Of a stretch of 64,000 nt of DNA, positions 1 to 8,042 are shown piece by piece. The notes under the pieces were generated by a model. It was not told the DNA's origin and ran no database searches. It worked only from the letters and a program-made list of their open reading frames with translations. Source of the stretch: Parcubacteria group bacterium. Lineage in GTDB: Bacteria > Patescibacteriota > Minisyncoccia > UBA10092. Location of the stretch: contig JACPHB010000006.1 in NCBI GenBank assembly GCA_016188835.1, positions 1,877 to 65,876 on the forward strand. Direction: 5' to 3'. A program made the position numbers and the translations under genes. Within the stretch, counting starts at the first letter, position 1. Each line of letters begins with the position of its first letter.

Positions 1-14
1 TCTGCCACCTCTCC
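1..14 (-). tRNA. 5' end of a probable tRNA-Ser (runs off window start)
   Basis: Minus strand reads GGAGAGGTGGCAGA, a typical tRNA-Ser acceptor/D-arm start; only 14 nt visible. Confidence 0.45.
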
Positions 15-168
15 GCTTCGGAGTCAATCAAAGTGCGCCCGTTGAAAGCAAATATTTTTACTTTCAACCCACTCGGCCACGCCTCCAGTAATGGCAATAT
101 TCTACATAAAAATTGGCGGTTTGTAAAATTAAATCAGGCAAAAAATAACGGCCGCAAAAGCCGTATAT

Positions 169-357
169 TTAAAAATATGTTTTTCTCAAAATTTCCTTTA
201 AGGAAATTTTGGCTTGATTTTTATGATTTTTATAAAAATTCACGATTAAAACCGGAAGCCCGATAATTAAAAGAGCAAAACCAATAATGGCAAAAATTAC
301 AATCATCACAATGAGCAGAGTCGCCGGCGCGCCGATTAAAACTTCCCAGATTGTCAT
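169..357 (-). CDS. small membrane protein
   Basis: 62 aa, long hydrophobic N-terminus and basic tail; ATGA overlap with upstream small ORF. Confidence 0.55.
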   Translation of the reverse strand: MTIWEVLIGAPATLLIVMIVIFAIIGFALLIIGLPVLIVNFYKNHKNQAKISLKEILRKTYF

Positions 358-485
358 TTGTCATTATCCTTTTCCCGCAATTTCGCGTTTCTGATATTTG
401 TTTTTCTAATATCTGAAGATATAAATAAACTAAGTAAAATTATAGCGGTTAAAACCAATATTTCAAAAATCCGCATCATGTCCAT
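354..485 (-). CDS. small single-TM protein (43 aa, below ORF-track cutoff)
   Basis: MDMMRIFEILVLTAIILLSLFISSDIRK...; its stop overlaps the start of 169..357 (ATGA coupling). Confidence 0.45.
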   Translation of the reverse strand: MDMMRIFEILVLTAIILLSLFISSDIRKTNIRNAKLREKDNDK

Positions 486-674
486 CGCGCCGCTTCCCGA
501 TTTGAATCCGTAAATGTAAAAGGTCTTTAATAATATATTGCGCTTTTTTAATTAATTTATCAAACTATATATTGATTAGCGACTAGTTTGCAAGTTTTAC
601 AAAATATGTTATAATAAAGTTAAGAATTGGGTCTTTAAATTCAATAAAATAAAAGCAGAGATAGGGGGCGACTA

Positions 675-911
675 GTGGCTGAGGAAATCTTTGTTGAGGA
701 AGTTTCGGATAATAGGTGCCGAGTTTCTCTTAGGGTTATGAATGTAAGATTTGTATTTATTCGTAAACCCGGCGGCGGCATAAAACTTTTTCCTAAAAGT
801 AAACCCGGGGCGCAAGTCCATGATCCTGACGTCTGCTGGGTGCCCGATCACATGTTTCGCGCCGCCTATCGGCAAGCGGCGGCGATTCTTACGGAAAAAC
901 GAAATAAGTAA
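675..911 (+). CDS. hypothetical protein
   Basis: GTG start with AGGGGG SD, upstream TGnTATAAT at 607-615, downstream terminator. Confidence 0.6.
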   Translation: MAEEIFVEEVSDNRCRVSLRVMNVRFVFIRKPGGGIKLFPKSKPGAQVHDPDVCWVPDHMFRAAYRQAAAILTEKRNK

Positions 912-933
912 GATAAATTAGTTGCTTTTTTAT

Positions 934-956
934 GGCTCCATTTGCGGAGCCTTTTT
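934..956 (+). terminator. intrinsic terminator
   Basis: ggctcc-atttgc-ggagcc followed by T-run. Confidence 0.6.
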
Positions 957-981
957 AAATTGGCAGGATTTTTATGGGCCC

Positions 982-1030
982 AAAAAAAAGCCCCGACAGC
1001 GCGCGAGGCGAAACCTCGCACGCTGTCGGG
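982..1030 (-). terminator. intrinsic terminator for 1036..1542
   Basis: long GC stem cccgacagcg...cgctgtcggg followed by T-run on the minus strand. Confidence 0.65.
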
Positions 1031-1035
1031 TACAA

Positions 1036-1542
1036 CTAGGCGCCGTCTCGTGAGAAGCGCCTGAAAGTGAACGTGCCGCTATCGTACTGGTTCCGGTACG
1101 TCCCTTTCAGGGTCAGCGGCCCATCCATCCAAAACTTCATCTCGCTTCCGCCGCCTTCGATGCCGCTCGAGGCGGCATCGATGATCAGATTCCCACTCTC
1201 ATTTACCTTCCCGATGGAAAGCGACGAGAATGCCGGTGCCGGAGGGGCCGGTACCTGGAACATGACTATCATCACAAGATCGTCGGTCACCGTGGTGATG
1301 GCGCGCATCGGCGCGCTATCACCCTTGTCCGACTTCCACTGGCCGGTCCAGGCGCCGGCGAACAACCCGATGTCACTTCCTCCGGCAATTGCCGGAGAGA
1401 CCACAATAATGATGCTGTCGCCCTTACCCGACTTCCACTCGCCGGTCCAGGCGCCGGCGAACAACCCGATGTCACTTCCTCCGGCAATTGCCGGAGAGAC
1501 CACAAGAATGATTGAGAACAGAACCGCGACCATAGTTCTCAT
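1036..1542 (-). CDS. secreted protein with 33-aa tandem duplication (GxWxG motif)
   Basis: signal peptide, GGAGG SD, GC content visibly above background, 99-bp internal repeat. Confidence 0.75.
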   Translation of the reverse strand: MRTMVAVLFSIILVVSPAIAGGSDIGLFAGAWTGEWKSGKGDSIIIVVSPAIAGGSDIGLFAGAWTGQWKSDKGDSAPMRAITTVTDDLVMIVMFQVPAPPAPAFSSLSIGKVNESGNLIIDAASSGIEGGGSEMKFWMDGPLTLKGTYRNQYDSGTFTFRRFSRDGA

Positions 1543-1692
1543 TGCTTTGTCCTCCTATAGGGACGGTTTAGAGAGTTTTAAGCTACTGTCCGATGCTACA
1601 ATAATATCATAATTAACGTATTTTGTCAAATCTTGCTTTTTTCATAAATATATCGTATAATTCAATTACTGTAAAACAAGAGGAGATGCGAA

Positions 1693-2103
1693 ATGACAAA
1701 GTCGTTTATAGTTCTTTGTTTTGCTGTAATTATCGCTCTTTTTTGTGCTATCGCTGTTGAGGCAAATGAAGCCAATAATTCCAACGAAGTTGTTAATATA
1801 ACTGAATGGCTCGGGTGTTGGAAAGGCGAATGGACGTTTCTTGAAGCAAATATGAGCGGCAAGCTTGTGCTGACCATAATGGAAATAACCAGCGAAGGAA
1901 AAGGAAAAGCTATACTTTATACTGAAGGGCCAGCATCATATCACAATAAAAACCAGCCAGCGCGCATAGAAGTAGTCGGAAATCGCTTAACAGTTGAAGT
2001 TTTCAAATTTATCGTTTATCAGTTTGTGCGCGAAGGTGATGAGTTGCAGGGAGATGGAATTGGAGGTGTGCGCGTTACAGCAAAATTGCGAAAAAATAAA
2101 TAA
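1693..2103 (+). CDS. secreted protein (GxWxG motif)
   Basis: signal peptide, AGGAG SD, TTGCTT-17-TATAAT promoter at 1633-1661, terminator near 2110-2135. Confidence 0.75.
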   Translation: MTKSFIVLCFAVIIALFCAIAVEANEANNSNEVVNITEWLGCWKGEWTFLEANMSGKLVLTIMEITSEGKGKAILYTEGPASYHNKNQPARIEVVGNRLTVEVFKFIVYQFVREGDELQGDGIGGVRVTAKLRKNK

Positions 2104-2162
2104 ATTAATCGCCCTATTTATTGGGCGTTTTTTTATTTTTTAAAATATAGTATGCTTTCAAT

Positions 2163-2561
2163 ATGGATTTTTTCGAAAAACCAATAACCGAGGACGAAAA
2201 AGCAATCGCCGAAGTATTAGAAAAGATGAATAACGCGGTACGCTTGAAAAATGTTGATATTTTAGAATCAATAGTATCAGATAATGCCCAGATTGCCATA
2301 TTCGATAAAAATTGGCAGCCTATTTGTGTAAACAAAAAATCTTACCTTGAGCACATGAAAGCAATAATGCCGGAGATAATAAAATTTGATTATAAAGATG
2401 CGCTGATTAGAGTAGTGAGTGATACAACGGCGGAAGTTACTTGCAGTCGTCTACTAATATTCTCCGATCCCATGAGAAACATGCTTCATGGCCGCTATTT
2501 TAAATTTCAGAAGGAGAACGAAGAATGGCATTTAACAAAAGCTGACTATATTGGTTCATGA
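2163..2561 (+). CDS. NTF2/SnoaL-like (DUF4440-like) protein
   Basis: 132 aa alpha+beta pattern ending in FQKENEEWHL, typical of the NTF2-like C-terminal strand. Confidence 0.6.
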   Translation: MDFFEKPITEDEKAIAEVLEKMNNAVRLKNVDILESIVSDNAQIAIFDKNWQPICVNKKSYLEHMKAIMPEIIKFDYKDALIRVVSDTTAEVTCSRLLIFSDPMRNMLHGRYFKFQKENEEWHLTKADYIGS

Positions 2562-3394
2562 AAAGATTTCTTAAAAAAATTAATTTTTCAAAACTTTCAT
2601 ATCGACTTCCAATAATTTTATTTTCTAGCGCGACTGCTAAAAATATAGCAGAAGCGCTTACTTCAATATACAATAATGCAGGCGCGAAGTCGGATGCCGC
2701 GCGGGCTCTCGCGAAACAAACTATATTGGAAGTAAAAAAAATATTGCCGCTCACGCATAAAGAAAACCAGATAAGAAAAAAAATTGATTTTTTGCGCGAG
2801 ACAATCATAAAAAATCTTGGTGGTCGGACTGATGCGATTTATGAAAATATCAAACAGTGGATAATGGGTGATAGAATTCTCGATCTCGGCAGTGGGGCGG
2901 GAGATGTCGGAGAAAAAATTAAAACAAAAATGGACAAAAATGTAGTTCTCGCCGATACAAATAATTTTAATAAAGCCAGTCTTCCATTTTTATTATATGA
3001 TGGGAATAAATTGCCATTTGGCGACGGATCTTTTGATACGGTACTTCTTATAACCGTCCTACATCACGCTTCCAATTACACTAATGTATTAGGGGAAGCA
3101 AGGCGGGTCGCATCCAGAATTATTGTTATTGAAACAATTTATGGAGGAGAAACGGCCAGTGAGCTTAATGAAAACTTAAATCGCACAATTTTTCTTGATT
3201 GGTTTTACAATAGAGTGCTCCTGAATTATGATATCGATATCCCGTGCAATTTTGCCACTGAACAGGAGTGGCGCGCGAGGTTTAATAATTTTGGTCTGGT
3301 GATGGTTTATTCAAGAAAAATAGAATTTGGTGCCCTGGTTCCATTTTTAAGCCACCAGCTATTTGTATTAAATTCAGGCGGAGCGCAGATGTAA
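2558..3394 (+). CDS. class I SAM-dependent methyltransferase
   Basis: ILDLGSGAG motif I, LPFGDGSFDTV, VLHH. Confidence 0.9.
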   Translation: MKRFLKKINFSKLSYRLPIILFSSATAKNIAEALTSIYNNAGAKSDAARALAKQTILEVKKILPLTHKENQIRKKIDFLRETIIKNLGGRTDAIYENIKQWIMGDRILDLGSGAGDVGEKIKTKMDKNVVLADTNNFNKASLPFLLYDGNKLPFGDGSFDTVLLITVLHHASNYTNVLGEARRVASRIIVIETIYGGETASELNENLNRTIFLDWFYNRVLLNYDIDIPCNFATEQEWRARFNNFGLVMVYSRKIEFGALVPFLSHQLFVLNSGGAQM

Positions 3395-3396
3395 TC

Positions 3397-4164
3397 ATGA
3401 TAAATGACATACTAAATATAAGCGGGAAAACCGCCCTAGTCACCGGCTCTACGCAAGGCATCGGCCGTTCAATCGCCGAAAAGCTTTGCCGGCATGGGTC
3501 GCATGTTTTCGTCAACTCTCGTGAAAATAATGAAGTAATAAAATGCATTGACGAGCTTCGAAATGCAGGATGTTCTGTCGATGGCCTGTCGGGGGACGGC
3601 ACGATTGAAGAATTTGTTGTTGAAAGCGTTAAAAAAATCTGCAATGAGCGGAGCAAAATTGATATTCTAGTAAATAATATAGGCGCGTATGAGCAACTGG
3701 AAATTGAGGATATTTCTCTTGACCATTGGCATCAATATATTGATGCCAATCTCACGAGCGCTTTCTTATGGATTCGCGAGGTTGTGCCATATATGAAAAA
3801 AAATGGGGGAGGAAAAATTATAAATATTGCTTCTATTGCAGGAATCATTGGAAGAGAGCGGAACGCGCATTATAACGCCGCCAAAGGAGGCCTTATTGCT
3901 TTTTCGAAAGGGCTTTCAAAAGATCTCGGCCCATTTAACATTAGAATAAATATTGTTGCTCCGGGATTAATTCTTACGCAAACAGTCCAAAAAATTGCTA
4001 ACGGAAATAAAATTTTTTTAAATTCCAATTTAGAAAAAACGCCTCTCCAAAGGTTGGGGACTCCGGATGACGTTGCTAATGCGGTTTTGTTTTTTGCCTC
4101 CGATTTATCCGATTTTATTACGGGGCAGGTGCTCATAATAGACGGCGGATTTTCAAGCACATAA
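3397..4164 (+). CDS. SDR family oxidoreductase (FabG-like)
   Basis: TGSTQGIG, NNIG, YNAAK, IDGG motifs. Confidence 0.92.
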   Translation: MINDILNISGKTALVTGSTQGIGRSIAEKLCRHGSHVFVNSRENNEVIKCIDELRNAGCSVDGLSGDGTIEEFVVESVKKICNERSKIDILVNNIGAYEQLEIEDISLDHWHQYIDANLTSAFLWIREVVPYMKKNGGGKIINIASIAGIIGRERNAHYNAAKGGLIAFSKGLSKDLGPFNIRINIVAPGLILTQTVQKIANGNKIFLNSNLEKTPLQRLGTPDDVANAVLFFASDLSDFITGQVLIIDGGFSST

Positions 4165-4190
4165 AAAGGTTCCCAAAGGGGGAACCTGAT

Positions 4191-5070
4191 TTATTTCTTT
4201 TTTTCAAACCGTAAAACCGGAAAAAATTTAGCGTCTTCGTAATCTGAAGCGAATTTTTCATCAACTAAAATAAATTTTTCCTCTAAACAAGAAAATATTT
4301 CTTCTTTTGTCTGCGCCGTCCAGTCGGTGCGGTTTTTGCAGCGCGAAAAAAGTTCTTCTATAAAGCCTCGCAAGAATTCGTCACTGGTTTCTGAAATAAT
4401 TTTTTCAAATACGGGAATAGCTGTTTTTATGTTTTTTTATGTTTAATCTTTTGGTATTAAAATCGGCTGTCGCGTCAACAATTTTAGCTATGATCATTTC
4501 GCGCAATTGCGGCCTATTGCTATTATCGCGATGCAAGCGGAGCAAATTCGTTTTTATTATCTCTTCTATGTTTTGGTCGGCTCGCACCAAGTCGCAAAAA
4601 TGAACACGAGAAACAAAATTTCTTCCCGGTTTTAAAATTCGCGCTATTTGGTCGCGAAGGATTTTTTGCCGCGGCACGGAAAGCAGCCACCACATAAAAT
4701 CTCCGATCACTAAATCAAAATAATCTGAAAAGAAAGGCATTTCGCACCAATCAGCTATAATCCACGTTTCATTTTTTGGATTTGAGTAACGAAGGAATTT
4801 AGTGGCCGCCCCAACCATTTCCGGGCAGATATCGATTAAAACTATGTTCCCGCCGTTCTGCGCGATTAAATCTCTCAACTCGGGTGTTGCGCCAAACAGG
4901 AGTACTCGACCACTTAACTTTTCTCCGGCCAGCGTTTGGTATATATCAATGTCTCCCGATGATGGCCGCCAGGGAGACCACCGGTCGCCCCATCCTTTAG
5001 CGTATCCGCTCCATATATTCCTTATATCATTAAGAGAGCCGAGAAATCCAAGTTGAGTATTTATGAGCAT
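4191..5070 (-). pseudogene. class I SAM methyltransferase frameshifted by a 10-bp tandem duplication
   Basis: LLFGATPE, DWCEMPF..FDLVIGD motifs; ttttatgttt duplicated at 4425-4444; removing one copy joins 4405..5070 in frame to 4191..4373. Confidence 0.75.
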
Positions 5071-5149
5071 TTCTCCTTATTTTAAGGAACTTATTATGTA
5101 TTTTGTATGTTAACAAGTTATAATTTATAATCAACCTGTTTTTCGTATT

Positions 5150-6523
5150 ATGCAAATGGAAAAAATGACGCTTGTTAAAAATTTAGCTAAAAAAATAATT
5201 TGCGCTGCACCGCTTTCAGTTGAACTAAGCGGAAATTTTAAGCTTTTGTTTGAATTATTTTCGCCTTCGGATAAAATTATTCAAGATTGGGTTCTACGCC
5301 AGACGGATTTTTTTTCGGAAAATGATTGGGAAGAAATTCAGCTTATAAAACTTAAAAAAATTTTAATTCACGCCGGAGAAAATGTTTCTTATTGGCAAAA
5401 ACTTTTTAAAGAAATCAATTTCAACCCCGAAACATTTAAAGATTTTTCGCAGTTGCAAAAAATTTCTCCGATTACTAGAGCGGAAATAAAAAAAAATCCA
5501 ATCGAAGAGTTTACTGCTGAAAATATTTCCCGATGGCGTTTTAGAGAAGCGATTACCTCCGGTTCAACCGGCGAGCCGCTGAAATTCTTTCAAGACCTTC
5601 GCGATAATCTGCGGCGGGAAGTAAATACTTTTCACGAATTAAGATACGCTGGCGCTTCATATCGCGACCATATAGCGGTGTTGGGAATGGAATCGCACCA
5701 CGATTTAAATAATTTTGGCAGGCGATTCGGCAGCGCCGAGTGGGGCGATGACAAGTTCCGGCAGTCGGTTATTTATCCTTACCTGAAATTAAAACCAGCA
5801 ACGCTTATTGCCAATGGAAGCGATTTGCGAAGGTTTTTATTTTTAACCCGAAAGGAAGCTCCGGATGTAATTTTTAAAACTTTAATGTACCGGGGCGAAC
5901 ACATAAGAGAGTCGGAACGCGATAACATTTCTAGATTTTTCAAATGCCCGATTTTTACCAATTATGGCAGTCGTGAGTGTTCGCTTTTAGGAATTGAATG
6001 CGAATATCACAAGTTGCATTTGGCGCCGTGGATGAATTATTTTGAAATTGTATCAGATGATGGCAAGGCGGTTCCCGATGGCCAGGAAGGCAATGCGGTT
6101 GTAACTTTTTTTGAAAATTTTGTTGTGCCTTTTATAAGATATAAAATTGGCGACAAGGCGGCAATAAATTCGGAATTGTGTTTTTGCGGCCGAAAATCAA
6201 AAATCATTGCCTTTTCCGGCCGGGAATCGGATTTTATCAAGTTTCCGGATTCAAGTAAAAGCTTGTCAATTCTTGATTTGGCGCGGCGCATTGATGAAAA
6301 TTACTATAATGAGATCAGGCAATATCAATTTGAATTGAGGAGTGAAAAACTGATAGTATTTCGTTATATTCCAAATGCAGATTTAACTGAAACGGAAAAG
6401 AAACGTTTAAGCGGTTTGCTGGAGGAAGCCCTGGAATGCCAATTTCACGTTGTGCTGGAAGAAACTGCGGCAATAAATCCATCTGCCGGCGGTAAAACCC
6501 AGATTTTAATAAGAAATTTATAA
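5150..6523 (+). CDS. phenylacetate-CoA ligase / CapK-like adenylate-forming enzyme
   Basis: TSGSTGEP, YGSRE, PFIRYKIGD, CFCGR, GRESD motifs. Confidence 0.88.
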   Translation: MQMEKMTLVKNLAKKIICAAPLSVELSGNFKLLFELFSPSDKIIQDWVLRQTDFFSENDWEEIQLIKLKKILIHAGENVSYWQKLFKEINFNPETFKDFSQLQKISPITRAEIKKNPIEEFTAENISRWRFREAITSGSTGEPLKFFQDLRDNLRREVNTFHELRYAGASYRDHIAVLGMESHHDLNNFGRRFGSAEWGDDKFRQSVIYPYLKLKPATLIANGSDLRRFLFLTRKEAPDVIFKTLMYRGEHIRESERDNISRFFKCPIFTNYGSRECSLLGIECEYHKLHLAPWMNYFEIVSDDGKAVPDGQEGNAVVTFFENFVVPFIRYKIGDKAAINSELCFCGRKSKIIAFSGRESDFIKFPDSSKSLSILDLARRIDENYYNEIRQYQFELRSEKLIVFRYIPNADLTETEKKRLSGLLEEALECQFHVVLEETAAINPSAGGKTQILIRNL

Positions 6524-6541
6524 CGCCATAATACACTGGGT

Positions 6542-7642
6542 ATGAACGAACTATTTCTAAAATTAAAAATTATCAACGCTTTGGCCGGAATTGTTTTGAA
6601 AGGAAAAAATGTTGGCGATTTCATATTGGGCAAGTCGGTAAGAATTTTTGAACGCGCGCTCGCGGAATATGCCGGTTCCAAATATGCTTTCGGAGTGGCG
6701 AGCGGCACCGATGCCTTGATTCTTTCTCTTAAGGCCTGCGGTATCGGGCCGGGGGATGAAGTAATTGTGCCGGCGGTGGGTTTTTACTCAAGCGCCGGCG
6801 CCGTTTCTTGGGTTAACGCCAAACCGGTGTTTGTAGATGTAAGTCCAAAAGACCACAATATTGACGTTTTAAAAATAGAAAAAGCGATAAGCCCGAAAAC
6901 CAAAGCCATTATCATTGTCCATTTAAATGGTCGGATGGCGGATATGGATGAAATTTTGCGGATTGCCGAGAAAAGATCTCTTAAAGTCATCGTTGACGCT
7001 TCTCATGCCATCGGTTCGCGCTATAGAGAAAAACCCATTGGTAATTTCGGAGATTTAATTTGCCTAAGTTTGAATCCCACTAAAACGCTCGGCGGTTGCG
7101 GTGATGGAGGAGTAATATTGGCGAACGACGAAGCGCTGGCTCAAAAAATTTCCCGGTTAAGAATCTATGGCGCTTCGCGGTGGATAGAAGTTTATTGGAA
7201 CAACGCTATAGTTGGAACAGCCAGCCGGCTCGGCACGCTTGAGGCCGCGGTTTTAAATGAAAAATTGCCATATCTTGATTCTTTTATAAATCGCCAACGA
7301 GAAAATTATTTTATATATAAAGAAATTTTAGGAAATATCAAAGATTTGGAATGGCCAGAAGAATATCAAGATTATTTTATAAACGGCTACCGCTTGCCGA
7401 TTCTTACAAAAAGAAGAGATGACCTGATAAATTATCTTTCAAATAAGGGCGAAAAATTGTACAATATGTATCCCGTACCCCTGCCTTACCTGCCGGTTTT
7501 TAAAAATTTAGGATATAAAGAAGGCGACTTCAAAGTCGCCGAAAAAATTGCGGGGGAGTGCAAGAACTATATCGTGAGGATCTGCTTTCCAATGTCCTCG
7601 GTCATAAATGACATTCCCTACAAGATGAGTGTTTTGGTATAG
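6542..7642 (+). CDS. DegT/DnrJ/EryC1/StrS PLP aminotransferase (native C-terminus appears lost)
   Basis: SGTDAL, DASHAIG, SLNPTKTLGGCGDGG; the last ~28 aa run antisense through the adjacent gene. Confidence 0.88.
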   Translation: MNELFLKLKIINALAGIVLKGKNVGDFILGKSVRIFERALAEYAGSKYAFGVASGTDALILSLKACGIGPGDEVIVPAVGFYSSAGAVSWVNAKPVFVDVSPKDHNIDVLKIEKAISPKTKAIIIVHLNGRMADMDEILRIAEKRSLKVIVDASHAIGSRYREKPIGNFGDLICLSLNPTKTLGGCGDGGVILANDEALAQKISRLRIYGASRWIEVYWNNAIVGTASRLGTLEAAVLNEKLPYLDSFINRQRENYFIYKEILGNIKDLEWPEEYQDYFINGYRLPILTKRRDDLINYLSNKGEKLYNMYPVPLPYLPVFKNLGYKEGDFKVAEKIAGECKNYIVRICFPMSSVINDIPYKMSVLV

Positions 7643-7978
7643 CGTTAAAGTATAAAGACCGCCGTAATAATCCATCATTTCTAATGTTATCGCGTTACCG
7701 TCAATATAGATCTTAATGTATTCAAGCGATTGCCAGTTTAGATTCGCGTTAATTGCCCAACCGCTTCTTTCTTTACGGATTTCAGAAATTTGCAAAGCTA
7801 CATCGCGATTATTCATTTTATACCAAGTAGAATCCTTGATATAACCATACCAATTTCCAATTAAAAACTTCTGAACTCGCTCTTCCTGTTTTTCGGAAGA
7901 GGAATAAGGGATGGCGGTGGCGGAGGCGCACCCGGTTGTCAACGCCGCGATTAAAAGAACAAGCAAGTGTCTTTTCAT
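7508..7978 (-). CDS. lipoprotein (GxWxG motif)
   Basis: lipobox LTTG-C, GAGGAG SD. Confidence 0.75.
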   Translation of the reverse strand: MKRHLLVLLIAALTTGCASATAIPYSSSEKQEERVQKFLIGNWYGYIKDSTWYKMNNRDVALQISEIRKERSGWAINANLNWQSLEYIKIYIDGNAITLEMMDYYGGLYTLTLYQNTHLVGNVIYDRGHWKADPHDIVLALPRNFFGDFEVAFFIS

Positions 7979-8042
7979 TTCTATCTCCTCGGTGATTTTG
8001 GGCTACTGTGTTGTGATATAATCATATCATAAATAAAATAAT

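Noticed and set aside
1067-1612. 181-aa plus-strand ORF
   Set aside because: Antisense shadow of the GC-rich secreted-protein gene, which has the SD, signal peptide and terminator.
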